64,000 nucleotides of DNA. Source: Eledone cirrhosa (Eukaryota). The DNA is taken from positions 21,204,001-21,268,000 of the forward strand of contig OZ024758.1 of NCBI GenBank assembly GCA_964016885.1. Reading direction: 5' to 3'. Made by a program: the position numbers and the translations under genes. Positions within the stretch are counted from its first letter, which is position 1, and each line of letters begins with the position of its first letter. Under the pieces are notes generated by a model, which saw only the letters and a program-made list of their open reading frames with translations, was not told the DNA's origin and ran no database searches. Positions 13,261 through 28,004 of this stretch are shown piece after piece.

Positions 13261-14499
13261 AAATCCTGCTAAATCAATGGGTGGTAGTGGTTCCAGCTGC
13301 ATACGTCGAAAGACTGGTGTAGTGGTTCTGAGAACAATGCGGCTTTCTGTTGTCGCTCGAGCTAGAAGAGAATTATTGACTTCAGGAGAAGCAGCGACCC
13401 TGATTGTATTCAGCAACCGAAACAAATATGAAGTACACCAAATCCAATGCTCCTAGGGGCGTCCCTGGTTCTTTTTTATTTGCGAGTGTAACACGACCAG
13501 ATTATATCAGATTAGATTAATATACCGCTATATTTTACACAAATTAATGAAAATGGAAACCAACATTGATATGCAAATTCTACGAACTGGCAACGATATA
13601 TTTAGTCTTGTTTTTCAATATATTTCAAAATGGCGACGTCGTATTAAAGATGAATCCCATTAATAAGCAGATGCATGATTGAAAGCACGCAGCATAGCTC
13701 CCTCACCGTTGAGGCGAAACTCTTCTAATTAAAACAATAGTTTTTTTGTGACTTCCGAACGACAGAACCGTGAAATAAGATATTTGATGTTGTTGTTTAT
13801 TTAATTTAATACGTAATAAGATACATATATTTGTTAAAGTCAATAACACATACGGAGACACGCTCATATATATTTTATTCATTATTATAGATTTATACTC
13901 GAAATTACGCCGATGCCTTTGGCTAATCACCCAGTGCACAAGTCTAGTTCATGCACGTTTTTGTATAGAAAAAAATACCTGCATCTACGTGTTAGATATA
14001 AATATAGAGAACTCAATTTTAAAACGAAAACCTCAAAGGCTGAATATATAGTTAAGATAGAGGTGAGTCATTGCTTAAGTAGGGAGTGTAATTTTGATTA
14101 TCATAAAATTTAGGGAAAAGAAAACATAAAAAAGGGTTCAAATAAAATTATAATTAACTAATGGGGAAAGTGATTACTATTTATATAAGGATGGGAATAA
14201 GGTATGGTGAGTAAGGGGGAAGGTCGTCAAATAAACGTGCTTGAATTGTAAAACGTATTTTCAAAGGGAGTGTTTTTGGCGGTGGAAAATTGAAACTCGG
14301 TGAAGTTGAAATAGGAATTAAGGAAAAATACGTTGAACTTCGTGGTCATCAGGTAAAACGGGATTCAGTGTAAATACATATTTACATATATGATTTCTCT
14401 TGAATGAAACAGTGTCTAATATTAAACTTGGTGTTTGCACTCTGCTTATGCATTGAGTAATTGCTAACTGTGGTTATCCCCGATTGAATACAGGACTTG

Positions 14500-14583
14500 T
14501 ATATGTATATATATATCTATATATATATATATATATACATATGTATATATATATATGTATGTATATATATATATATATATATG

Positions 14584-14626
<43 letters not shown>

Positions 14627-14647
14627 ATATATATATATATATATATG

Positions 14648-14696
<49 letters not shown>

Positions 14697-14785
14697 CTAT
14701 ATATATATATGTGTGTCTATATATATATATATGTGTGTATATGTATATATATGTGTATATGTATATATATATGTATATATATATG

Positions 14786-14867
<82 letters not shown>

Positions 14868-14899
14868 TATGTATATATATGTATGTATGTATATATATG

Positions 14900-14931
<32 letters not shown>

Positions 14932-15099
14932 TATGTATATATATGTATGTATGTATATATATGTATGTATGTATATATATGTATGTATGTATATATATGT
15001 ATGTATGTATATATGTATATATGTATGTATGTATGTATATATGTATGTATGTATGTATATATGTATGTATGTATATATATGTATGTATGTATATATATG

Positions 15100-15138
<39 letters not shown>

Positions 15139-15247
15139 GTATATATATATGTATGTATGTATATATATATGTATGTATGTATATATATATATGTATGTAT
15201 GTATATGTATGTATGTATGTATATATATGTATGTATGTATGTATATG

Positions 15248-15300
<53 letters not shown>

Positions 15301-15410
15301 ATATATGTATGTATATGTGGTGGGATGTAATTGGAAAAAATATCTTTATATATATATATATATACATACATATACATACATATATACATGCATATATATA
15401 TATATATATG

Positions 15411-15456
<46 letters not shown>
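14500..15456. repeat. About 950-bp compound (TA)n/(TATG)n microsatellite
   Basis: Direct reading; source of the 230-346 aa YIYM ORFs. Confidence 0.95.
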
Positions 15457-15459
<3 letters not shown>

Positions 15460-15640
15460 ACATTTTTTCCAATTACATCCCACCCGTCCCCTCAATCTAT
15501 TTTATTTCTCATTCTTTCTTCTGATGAAGGACTAGCGGTCCGAAACGTTAAGATGCTCTTCCTGCTGTATCAAGCGTTAACCTAATATATACCTTCCATA
15601 TACTGTACCGATTGTGTTGTTATTTCTGTTTACCTTTTAC
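15457..15640 (+). mobile_element. Penelope-like pLTR, family B
   Basis: Homologous to copies at 25490, 26590 and 45990; contains a minimal HHR; first ~30 bp also present inverted at 15319-15350. Confidence 0.75.
15517..15553 (+). ncRNA. Minimal type I hammerhead ribozyme (family B)
   Basis: tctt-CTGATGA-a-ggac-tagcg-gtcc-GAAA-cg-TT-aaga; stem I tctt/aaga, stem II ggac/gtcc, loop-less palindromic stem III ACGT typical of dimer-acting Penelope HHRs. Confidence 0.85.
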
Positions 15641-15643
15641 ATA

Positions 15644-15894
15644 CAAAAGTGACAGAGAAGGGTTTGAGGTTAGCTGGACATGTTCACCGACATCCAGAGT
15701 TGACATTACACTCAGTGCTCCTGTGGGAGCCCCTACATGGACACACTGGAAGAGTAAGACCAAGGTTAACGTATGTGGATGCCCTAAGGACAGACACTGG
15801 TATGTTGGAGACGCAGGACATGGTAGCGATATTAAGGAACAGAGACAGCTGGAGAGAACTCTTCCATGGACTTCGGGAATTTTACCCGCTCTAG
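15644..15894 (+). mobile_element. RTE-clade LINE 3' end
   Basis: ORF LRLAGHVHRHPELTLHSVLLWEPLHGHTGRVRPRLTYVDALRTDTG...RNRDSWR fits the RTE C-terminal consensus. Confidence 0.85.
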
Positions 15895-15914
15895 GTACAT
15901 ATATATATATATAT

Positions 15915-16208
15915 GGATTTTACCTATTACATTCACGTATTATATTTCGAATACCTGATGATATCACCGGATTCATACGGAACCCGGTCATTGAAATGAT
16001 CATAGTATAATAAACCTTTCAAGGATTTACACAAATCCAGCCTCCTGTCATTTCATTATAATATTTAACTCCGTAATAGCACCACCAACTACAAAAACAA
16101 AGACGGTTGAACTGCTTTACGTTGAGTACTCTCTATATTATTGCATTACGATTGACCATACGGAATAGACCAGCTCTATACAGTGGTGAACCTCATACCT
16201 GAATGAAT
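15915..16208 (+). mobile_element. Penelope-like pLTR plus tail, family G
   Basis: Between (TA)n tracts; HHR followed by tail with gttgagtact at 16121-16130. Confidence 0.6.
15951..16008 (+). ncRNA. Type I hammerhead ribozyme (family G)
   Basis: atac-CTGATGA-tatCaccgg...ccggtCatt-GAAA-tgatca-TA-gtat; stem I atac/gtat; palindromic stem III ATGATCAT; AUA triplet; first stem II pair is T.T. Confidence 0.75.
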
Positions 16209-16464
16209 ATATATATATATATATATATTGGGGGGAGGGGTTAGGATGAGTACGTGTGTATAACCGAAGAGGAATGACGGAACAATGGGGAATACAAAAG
16301 ATACTAAATGGCCATTTCATGTGTTCATTAGAACGAGGCTGTCAACAGTAAATAAAGCTTGAAATACTTGGAAGACTAAACAATAAACTATATATAACAA
16401 AAGTAGAAGAGAGAAATTTTAACATTAGCATCGATGACAGGTCCAGTGGGTTAGAGAAATATAT

Positions 16465-17240
16465 CAGGAGATAGAGAGAGGGTGAGGGTGAGAGAGTGGG
16501 ATAGATAGTGTGAGGAGGAGAGAGATAGTGTGAGTGAGTGAGAGAGATAGTGTGAGAGGGGGTGAGAGGGAGAGAGTGTGAGAGTGAGTGTGTGGGAGTG
16601 AGGGAGATAGTGTGAGTGAGATAGTGAGCGAGAAAGTGTGAGAGAGTGAGAGATAGTGTGAGAGAGAGGGACAGGGTAAGGATGTGTGTATGGAGGGATA
16701 GAGAGAAAGAGAGAGAGAGAGATTAACGAAGTGAGTAGGAAAGAGTGAGAGATAGAGGGGGGAAGAGAGAGGGGGAGAACGAGAGAGATTAAGGGAAATA
16801 GAGTAAGACAGAGCGAGAGAGGGATTAAGTAATGAGAGAGAATGGGGGAAGAAAGAAAGAAAGTAAGTCAGATAGAGACAAAAGAAAGACAAAAGAGGAA
16901 GGAAGGGAGAAAGAGAGAATAAATAGGGAAGTGATAGATAGATAGATAAATAGATAGAGATAGATAGATAGATAGACAGATAGATAATTAGATAGATAGA
17001 TATAGAGATAGATAATAGATAGACAGATAGATAATTAGATAGATAATAGATAGATAGATAGATAGATAGATAATTTTCTTTTTATTTGCCACCAGGGCAT
17101 CAAAAAGTGGGACAAGTACAATGGATAGATAGATAGATAAATAGACAGGTAGATAAATAGATAGATATATAGATAGATATATATAGAGATAGATAAACAG
17201 ATAGATAGAGAGAGAAAGAGTGAGAGAGAGAAAGAAAGAA
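16465..17240. repeat. Purine-rich (GA/GAGT) low-complexity tract followed by (AGAT)n
   Basis: Direct reading. Confidence 0.9.
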
Positions 17241-17623
17241 AGAGAACATAAGGAAAGATTGTATCAACCACGTGAAAATAATCATAGCGTATATATCTGT
17301 AGCTTGCTTTGCCAATATAATTACTAGAAATATCCTGTTATGGAAGACAATTTTAGTGAGACTACTTTTTAGAGAGATTATTGATCAGCGTTTCACCAAA
17401 ACTTTCGCTTTTCATGCTAATACTGTTTAATGTTCGAAGAGGTTGTATCAAAAATGTATAGGCCGACACCTAGCGAGTCCCTAATAATCGGATTATATAG
17501 AAATAAGGGTGATAACTATATTGTAGTCAGAGCTAAGGGAGTTCTCTCATAGTGATATCGAACGGCTGAACAAAAGAGCTCGTGGCAAAATTGACTTACA
17601 TACACGCATTATATGTGAATATA

Positions 17624-17666
<43 letters not shown>

Positions 17667-17785
17667 TGTTTTATTTATTTATATATATACATATATAATG
17701 TGTGTGTGTGTGTATGTGTGTAAGCATAAATGTATACATACACACACACATACATATTTGTAGGCAAATCTCTTCATAAAAACAA

Positions 17786-17825
<40 letters not shown>

Positions 17826-17873
17826 ATTTATATATGCATATATTATATATATATCCTTTATATATATATATAC

Positions 17874-17924
<51 letters not shown>

Positions 17925-17926
<2 letters not shown>

Positions 17927-18056
17927 CGAAGGAAATGTGGTAAGGAACCAGATGGACCATAACGCACCAAAGTACTCAATACTATAGTAGAGTCGGTAAT
18001 GTCCAGAATATAGCCGTCGAAACGGCTTGAGCTCAGCCGTCGGGGTCCTACTCCTT

Positions 18057-18060
<4 letters not shown>
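17925..18060. mobile_element. Family A: minus-strand tail plus plus-strand HHR 3' half
   Basis: 17925-18000 tail (-); 18001-18060 tagccgtcGAAAcggcttgagctcagccgTCggggtc (+); within (TA)n. Confidence 0.8.
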
Positions 18061-18098
<38 letters not shown>

Positions 18099-18703
18099 AT
18101 TTATTATATATATATATATATGCTTGTGTGCGTGTGTTTCAATATATGTGAGTGTGTATTTACATATTCACGAGTGACATATATAAGTGCTGAAGTGTGT
18201 GCATCGATAATATTATACATTAGTGGCTACCCATGCGACCCCAAAAACCTGTTGAGGACTTCGATTGTTTTATTTTGTTTTATATATTTTTGTATTCGTT
18301 TTATTGTATGTAAACCCCCTTTCCCCCCCCCCCCCCCCCCCTCTTACGTGTGTATTTGTCTCAATCTGTTATGCCCTGATGGCAAATAAATAGAAATTTA
18401 TATATTAGTGGCTACCTTTCCATATATTTACATAAAATGGATAACGAGCAAAATTTTATAGTATGATGAAATAAAAGCACGTAGGTATTGTAATTTGACA
18501 GCATATATCTATGTATCTATGGATGTATTAGATATCTACAGTATATATATGTATATCAGCATGTTGTATGTGTATATACTCACATACATACCACTAATAC
18601 TGTCTATTATAGATTGTTTGAATAACTCATCATTCCTTTTTGACATTTTTTTCATTCTCTGGGAATACATACACACACACACACACACACACACACGTAT
18701 ATA

Positions 18704-18817
<114 letters not shown>

Positions 18818-18833
18818 AGAGAGAGAGAGAGAG

Positions 18834-18876
<43 letters not shown>

Positions 18877-18891
18877 TATATATATATATAT

Positions 18892-18944
<53 letters not shown>

Positions 18945-19479
18945 TATATATATATATAGAGAGAGATATATATATATAGAGATATAGATATATATAGAGA
19001 GATATATATATATAGAGATATAGATATATATAGAGAGATATATATATATATAGAGAGAGATATATATATATATAGATATATATATATAGAGAGAGATATA
19101 TATATATATAGAGAGAGAGAGACATATATACGTTTAGGCATATATATATATGCATATATATATATACATAAAGATATATGTATATCTATATTCATATATA
19201 TATATATATATACATAAAGATATATGTATATCTATATTCATATATATATATATATACATAAAGGTATGTATTATGTATAGGTATATATATATATATATAT
19301 ATATATATGCGTGTGTGTGTGTATATACACGTGTGTATTTACACGTGTGTATGTGTATATATGCATATATACATCCATGTGTTTATATCTCTCAATACAA
19401 CATCCAATGTATTATATTGTTCACTATGTTATTTTATCCTATTATCCTATTACCCCCCCCCCCTCTTATTTCATTTACA

Positions 19480-20340
<861 letters not shown>

Positions 20341-20344
20341 TTTC

Positions 20345-20610
20345 TATATATGTAATCATTACCATTCTCATTTGCTAAACATAAAACTCCAGCTCTTCCT
20401 CTCTCTCTCTTTCTGTCTCTCTGACACAGCCCTTCTCATCCCTCTCTCCCCTCTCTCCACTATCTCCCCTTCCCACTCCTCTCTCCCCTATCTCCCCTAT
20501 ATACTCTCTCTTTCCACTCTCTCACGTCTCTCCTCTCTCCCCCATATCTCCCTCTCTCTATATATATGTAAGCATTACCATCCTCATTGCTAAACATAAA
20601 ACTCCAGCTC

Positions 20611-20655
<45 letters not shown>

Positions 20656-21880
20656 GACACAGCCCCATCTCACGCCTCTCTCCCCTCTCTCCACTATCTC
20701 CCCTTCCCACCCCTCTCTCCCCCTATACTCTCTCTCTCTCCACTCTCTCACGTCTCTCGTCTCTCCCCCATATCTCCCTCTCTCCACATCTCACGTCTCT
20801 CCTCTCTCCCCCATATCTCCCTCTCAACCACGCTCTCCCCTCTCTCCACTATCCCCCCTTCCCACCCCTCTCTCCCCTATACTCTCTCTCTCTCCACTCT
20901 ATCACGTCTCTCCTCTCTCCCCCATATCTCCCTCTCTCCACTCTCCCACGTCTCTCCCCTCTCCCCCATATCTCCCTCTCTCCACTCTCTCACGTCTCTC
21001 CTCTCTCCCCCATATCTCCCTCTCTCCACTATATCACGTCTCTCCTCTCTCCCACATATCTCCCTCTCTCCACTTCTCACGTCTCTCCCCTCTCCCCCAT
21101 ATCTCCCTCTCTCCACTCTCTCACGTCTCTCCTCTCTCCCCCATATCTCCCTCTCTCCACTCTCTCACGTCTCTTCCTCTCTCCCCCATATCTCCCTCTC
21201 TCCACTCTCTCACGTCTCTTCCTCTGTCCCCCATATCTCCCTCCCTCTCCACTCTCTCACGTCTCTCCTCTCTCCCCCATATCTCCCTCTCTCTCCACTC
21301 TCTCACGTCTCTCCTCTCTCCCCCATATCTCCCTCTCTCCACTCTCTCACGTCTCTCCTCTCTCCCCCATATCTCCCTCTCTCCACTATCTCACGTCTCT
21401 CCTCTCTCCCCCATATCTCCCTCTCTCCACTCTCTCACATCTCTCCTCTCTCCCCCTATACTCTCTCTCTCTCCACTCTCTCACGTCTCTCCTCTCTCCC
21501 CCATATCTCCCTCCCTCTCCACTCTCTCACGTCTCTCCTCTCTCCCCCATATCTCCCTCTCTCTCCACTCTCTCACGTCTCTCCTCTCTCCCCCATATCT
21601 CCCTCTCTCTCCACTCTCTCACGTCTCTCCTCTCTCCCCCATATCTCCCTCTCTCCACTATCTCACGTCTCTCCTCTCTCCCCCATATCTCCCTCTCTCC
21701 ACTCTTTCACATCTCTCCTCTCTCCCCCTATACTCTCTCTCTCTCCACTCTCTCACGTCTCTCCTCTCTCCCCCATATCTCCCTCTCTCTCCACTCTCTC
21801 ACGTCTCTCCTCTCTCCCCCATATCTCCCTCTCTCTATATATATATATGTAAGTATTAATATTCTCATTTGCCAAACATA
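20345..21880. repeat. CT-rich minisatellite (41-45 bp unit) inside a ~210-bp higher-order duplication
   Basis: Unit ctctccactctctcacgtctctcctctctcccccatatctcc(ct), about 25 copies at 20690-21835; block tatatatgtaa..catt..ctcatt(t)gc.aaacata at 20345, 20558 and 21843. Confidence 0.9.
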
Positions 21881-22617
21881 TTCTCCGTCTCTTCCCCTCA
21901 GTTTACGTCATGTATTTTTTTTATTCTCGTTCACAATTTCTCATTCGATCATTCCCCAGATCTTTTATTCTATCTCTTCTTCTACATCCTTTCATTGTTT
22001 ACTTTCCCATTTAGTTTCTAGATTCTTTGGGGATTATTCAATGTGTTTCTCTAATACACTCCCCTCCCCTCCCTTTAATACGTTATACTCGCGTACGTTT
22101 ATATATATATATATATATATATATTGTTATGCTTTGGGATAACAATGTATATATATATATGTATATATATATATGTATATATATATATGTATATATAAAT
22201 ATGTATATATATAAATATGTATATATATAAATATGTATATATATAAATATGTATATATATATATATATGTATATATAAATATGTATATATATATATATAT
22301 ATATATGTACATATATATTATTTATATATTGATATGATATACATATATATATATACTTATATTTACATATATATATATATACATATATTTATCTATTATA
22401 TATATATATATATCCATACATGTATCCATCTATCTCCGTCTCGGTGTTCCTTTCAATACCTATCATTATCTATTGATTATTTGATTACTTATTCTCGCCC
22501 TTTTCTCGCGCTATGTCTCGCTGACGTGACTATCTTTTTTTTTCTTCTTTTTCATTTTTGTTTCCAATCATATTCTAATTCTCGTTTATTTGCCATCTTC
22601 TATATGTATGTATTCTT

Positions 22618-22735
<118 letters not shown>

Positions 22736-24004
22736 GATGTGTGTGAGTGTGTGATTCTATGCAAATGTGTGTGTGTGTATGTATATGTGTCTGCATCATT
22801 TATACCTATATTCTCTTGTTTTGTTTAATCTACTTTGACATCCAACTCTTCCACCTTCTACATGGCATAAGCCCCGTTTTTCTCTTTCATATAGGCTAGT
22901 TTCTCTTTTTTTTTATTACTCTTTACCCATACTCTTTATCTATCTATCTTTATCTATCTGTTCGAATGCTCCTCATTTGTCAAAAATACATACATCTCAT
23001 ACACATATATTCTCACTTGTACGTATATTCCTTTATCTTATCTTTTTCTGTGCTAATATGTGTGTATACCTATTTAGTGAACGATGTGGTATAGTTGTGT
23101 ATAGTTGTGTATTCTTAGAATATCGACATTGCGAGGAAATTGCAATACCCATTTGGAAGCTAGGTCTATATGTATATTATAAGCTTCTGAAAACATTCTT
23201 TTTCCTTCGTTTCTCTCTATCATTTTATCATCTATCGCTATATGTCTCTCCTGTTATCTCTCTCTATCGACGAAACATATATTTAACAAGAAAACAGTTT
23301 TCGAAGGACATAAGAAAAGAGAATCTGAATACAGTTATTTGACACTTCTGAGTTCTTTTCCCTTCTTATGTTTGCATCCGCTACATCAATCTACATACTT
23401 CGAAATAGTATTTACAAATGTATTCTTTAAACAATTCTAGGTTATCATAAACTATTTAAACGTTCCATCACTTAGTAACATGAATGATGTTGTATGCTAT
23501 CCCATGGACACCTGCGTTCCACGTGATCGATGTCTATTCTAGTTTTCTCTGCCACTCTACAGGCGGAAATGAATGTTCTCTATGGATACAAAGAAAATCT
23601 CTAGCAGAAAGTTTTTTTTTTCATTGTTGTTTTTGCGAAAACAATAAAACTATATAATTGTAAGGTAGACATTCAAGTTTAAGAAATCAAAGTAAATAAG
23701 GCCTCGTTTATTTTTATAGCCGTGAATCAGAACATCCAAAATTAACTCTAAACGAATTTGGTCGTCAAAATCTGTTCCCTGATGCAAAGAAAGACGCAGA
23801 TATTGAGAAAGGTCACGAAAATCTTGCGAAAATATTCCGGGAAACAAGACCATCTATTTTACAATTATTGTCTCAAATAATGACTTGAAACAAATTGAAT
23901 TTAATTGCTTCACAGATTCCAATATGATATATCAATTTACCAAGGTGTATTAAATAAATGTTTCGTGTAGCAAAGTGGTAACACTGTTTCAACTTTCAAT
24001 TTGA

Positions 24005-24190
24005 TCGGAACGAGGAAGGAGCCCCGGTGGTTAGGGTGGCTGTTGCAGCGGTTGTCGGTGACCATTGTTCGCGGGAATGCTTCTGTGATTTTGTCCGCAG
24101 GTCGCAGCCCCAACACCGCAAGACTCTAGAACTAATGCATCCTCACCGTTCTTCGGTCTCACATTCGTCTGTGACCCTAGAGACCTCGTC
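24005..24190 (+). mobile_element. CRE-clade non-LTR retrotransposon 3' end (variant 1)
   Basis: WLLQRLSVTIVRGNASVILSAGR matches the CRE C-terminal QRLS...RGNA motif. Confidence 0.65.
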
Positions 24191-24283
24191 TACCCCTTTC
24201 TTTTCGGTTTTCATAACCACTTGTATTTTTTTTAAATGGAGCAGAATCTTTTTTCCATTTCTTCACAATTTTGAATTACAATC

Positions 24284-24497
24284 GGTGTCCTTGGCCCTAG
24301 ATCTACCTCCCTATTCACCACCATAGGCGCTGAGCTGGCCAGCCGCAGGTGTGAGCCTCAGGAGTTGGAATGGCTCTGCCAGCGCAACTCGCTTACCATC
24401 CTCCGACGAAACGCCTTCTCCATTCTGTCCGCCGGGTCTGTGGAGAGGCAAACATGTGGCACCGCATTTGCTCACCATACGTATTAAGACATACAAC
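24284..24497 (+). mobile_element. CRE-clade retrotransposon 3' end (variant 2)
   Basis: Clearly homologous to 38897-39100; GVLGPRSTSLFTTIGAELASRRCEPQELEWLCQRNSLTILRRNAFSILSAG. Confidence 0.75.
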
Positions 24498-25489
24498 CTG
24501 TCTTTTTTATCGTATCACATTACGGGATAAATACGTACTAACATGATCACACATATACCACAACGCTATCACACATGAATAAACAAACATATATTGTACA
24601 TTCACATAAAAATATTCGGTCAGCACTTGCATTTAAATATTTATTACATAGTTTTATTTTAAATTATATATAATCATATATAAACATCCTGATGAAGGAT
24701 AGGGAGGATTGATCGTTTCTATTGCATCAGTTAGGTAATAGTTGTTTGTATGTTACTATTTATCTCCACATGTTGCGTCACGTGATACATTCCTCAGCCG
24801 CATTCCATTATCATTCATTCCCTCCATTTAATTAAGTAGCACTAACAATTTGATATCATTATTATTATTAATAATAATAATATTATTATTATTAGTATTA
24901 TTATTATTCGTGAAAAACTTCCCGTTATCAATAATATATAAGTACTATTGCTTGCTGATTGATAGCAGCAATAAACATTTAATACGATGTATTTTACGCA
25001 ATATATTAAATTACCTTGTTAATGTTTAAGGATTTTTCTTCTTGTTTTCATTTTTTTATACTGCATAGTTCAATAATGGCTTTAATACGCTATTGTGCTG
25101 TAATGATTTTTAAATCTAATAAATGTTTAATCTAAAGCGTGTGGTATAAATATTCATCTTCCCAAATACAATTAAATAAATTGGTTATGAAATGTTTTCA
25201 TTCTAACAGTGTTATAAGCTTTAAATATATATTTTTCAGACATCAGTTAAAAATCACCTTAGTTGTAAAGAGAACATTTTCAGAGAATGGCTTAAGTAAC
25301 AAGATATATATCCCTTAGTATCCACCTCACCTAACTCCAGTTGTCTTAGTTTCAACTAACATTTACTGTGGAAGTTCTGAGTGAAATGTGTCCCTGAAAG
25401 TCATCTCAATATGACGTATTCTGTGTCATATGTTTCCGGGCATGAGGTATTTTGGTTTCAGATTAATATGTGAATGCAATGCTTGTTGT

Positions 25490-25680
25490 TTTTATCTGAA
25501 GAGATTTTTTTCCAATTACACCCCACCCGTTCCTTCAAACTATCTATTTTCTCATTCTATCTTCTGATGAAGGACTGGCGTCCGAAACGTTATGCTCCGC
25601 TTCCTGCTATTTCATGTGTGAACCTAATATATTCCTTCTATGTACTGTACCGATTGTGTTGTTATTTCTGTTTACCTTCT
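25490..25680 (+). mobile_element. Family B pLTR with HHR core at 25564-25591
   Basis: CTGATGA-a-ggac-tggc-gtcc-GAAA-cgtt; stem I weakened. Confidence 0.75.
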
Positions 25681-25731
25681 AAATACATATACATATGTGT
25701 GTGTGTGTATGTGTGTCTATATATTTGTATA

Positions 25732-25780
<49 letters not shown>

Positions 25781-25791
25781 TTGTATGTAGA

Positions 25792-25866
25792 CAGGGTGTT
25801 CTAAAATGTATACAGATATTTATTAGAATGCTGTTGAAGTGTGTATACATTATTTGGGACACCCTA
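25792..25866. mobile_element. 75-bp Tc1/mariner-type MITE
   Basis: TIRs cagggtgttctaaaatgtataca / tgtatacattatttgggacaccct. Confidence 0.7.
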
Positions 25867-26304
25867 TATAGGTAAGAGTCAAACAGAAATAACAAAGCAG
25901 ACGACACAGTACAATGAATATGTATATATATATATATATCTATATTAGAAAGTGAGGTTTTTTTTCTTTATATATATATATATATAAATATGTGTGTGTG
26001 TGTGTGAATGTGTGTGTGTGTGTGTGTGTGTCAGTGTGTGTTTCGTATCTTGGTGAATGTTAAAAATATACAGGAAAATAAGCATGCGTGAAATCGAAGA
26101 CACTTTGCTATTTCGAAAAATCTGTTAAACCAGTTTTTTTAGGAACACTCTAGATAATTAAGATTTATATAAGGAAACGTAATTTTCCCTTTCATGTTTG
26201 TCAATTCCAGAAGCGTAATAAAGATTTATCTCTACTGGTATATCATGCATTCTCTTAGAGTCTACTCTTACACACATGCATACACACACACACATGCATA
26301 TATA

Positions 26305-26382
<78 letters not shown>

Positions 26383-26589
26383 GTGTATATGTGTGTGTGT
26401 CTGTGTTTGTGTGTTAAGTATTTCCGAAGAAAAAGTAAAGGAGAGAAGAGTGGTCTATGTATAGTACAGAGCGCTGCAGGTAAAGTAGATGTAACCTTAC
26501 CAGATAACTATTCCATCTGATGAACGGTTCGGACTTCTCTGTAAGGATCGTCTAGTTACTTGAAACCTTTTGTAAAGGAATAATTATAT

Positions 26590-26823
26590 ATGTTGAGAGA
26601 TGTCAAGATGAATGGACTTGTCATTTTTATCTAATTACATGTTTTCCAACCCCCCCCCCCCCCGCCGCCCGTCCTTTTAATCTATATTATATCTCATTCT
26701 TTCTTCTGATGAAGTACTAGCGGTCCGAAACGTTGAAACCTTCTTCCTGCTATATCGAGCGTTAACCTAATATATTCCGTCCATATACTGTACCGATTGT
26801 GTTGTTATTTCTGTTTACCTTTT
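26590..26823 (+). mobile_element. Family B pLTR with HHR core at 26706-26734
   Basis: CTGATGA-a-gtac-tagcg-gtcc-GAAA-cgtt, one stem II mismatch. Confidence 0.75.
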
Positions 26824-27597
26824 ATATATATGTATATATAGACACACAAACAAAACCACTTCTCCAAAATTATCCTCAACTCTACGCGATTTTCCTCGGA
26901 ATCTCTAAAGTCACGAAAGAAACGTCCCTGAAATTATGCCAATCCAAAAGACAACGTTCTTGAGATTACCGTCTGACATTATTTTCCATAAATCGGTTTT
27001 ATCCTCACTCGATTTCTACGTTGCTCTATATTTAAAGAGAATAGTCAACTCTTGGATGTGTCACAGTCCCTATAATTAATCCATTTCGCATTATCTATGA
27101 CACATTTCCCTTATGACAATGTCGATTGCTGTGATTTTAAATAACTCTTCCATTATCTTCAATATCTCCCATTCATGACTGAGATTATAGAGGAATACCT
27201 ACGAAATATGCTCTACGTCACACATTGTGGAATTATTGATCTTGAAATCTTCTACGGAATCAATTTCGTTATTATTTGATTCAGAATATCAGTAAACAAA
27301 CTATTTTGCTGACCTCATATATGATTTTTATCGTAGGCTCTCATTCAGAATTATACAGAGAGAGTGTACTATAAAATCCTGATCTCCAAAGCAATGACGT
27401 TAATTGATTTGTTGGTGTTTGTGAAGTTAATACCTGCATCTTTCTTACATATTGGAGTAATGTTGGAGTATCAGGGGCCTTGGTATGCGTTTTGCATTTG
27501 GCAACGGCTTTCAGCTCATCGCAAATATTAGCTACTCACGACATTGCAATTTTGTGAAAGCGAGCAATCACAAAATCATTATTAGATTATTTCAAAG

Positions 27598-27762
27598 GGC
27601 GGTGGATTGGCAGTATCGGTAGAGGTTCGGACGCCATTATTGATCTGAGTTCATATCATGCTGAGGTTAACTTTGCCTTTCATTCTTACGAGGTCGATAA
27701 AATAAAGTTCCAGTAATGCACTAAGATAATTGTTGGCCTTGTGCCCAAAATAGAAACAGTTA
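27598..27762 (+). mobile_element. SINE S1 (internal deletion)
   Basis: Head ggcggtggattggcagtatcggtag and Meta-like core. Confidence 0.85.
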
Positions 27763-27778
27763 TTAGATTCTTTCCGAT

Positions 27779-27972
27779 GGCGGTGGATTGGCAGTATCGG
27801 TAGAGGGACAGGCGCCATGATTTTCAGTATAGAGTTACGGCCCTTTATTATCTGAGTTCAAATCCCGCCGTGGTTAACTTTGCCTTTCATCCTTACGAGG
27901 TCGATAAAATAAAGTACCAGTAATGCACGGGAGTAATTGCTCTGCCTTGTACCAAAAGTAGAAACAATTATT
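27779..27972 (+). mobile_element. SINE S1, full length
   Basis: Complete consensus with B-box gagttcaaatccc. Confidence 0.9.
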
Positions 27973-28004
27973 AGATTCAATTAAGGCAACATTTATACCA
28001 TCGA

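Noticed and set aside
14255-14356. Minus-strand CTGATGA as a hammerhead
   Set aside because: No stem II closing onto GAAA and no stem I partner
14484-15524. Long Y/I/M/V/C ORFs here and at 3392, 5320, 18536, 53778, 58112 and similar
   Set aside because: Stop-free translations of (TA)n/(TATG)n/(TG)n microsatellites; no coding signal
20690-21835. CRISPR-like periodic array
   Set aside because: Units are contiguous with no unique spacers; eukaryotic context with no cas genes
20587-21852. 421-aa S/P/L/H-rich ORF
   Set aside because: Product of the CT-rich minisatellite, whose pyrimidine strand lacks stops
24689-24790. CTGATGAAGG as a hammerhead
   Set aside because: No downstream GAAA/UH with pairing; at most a decayed relic
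26517-26580. CTGATGA...GAAA as a hammerhead
   Set aside because: Hairpin acggttc/ggatcgt ends 10 nt before GAAA, and stems I and III do not form
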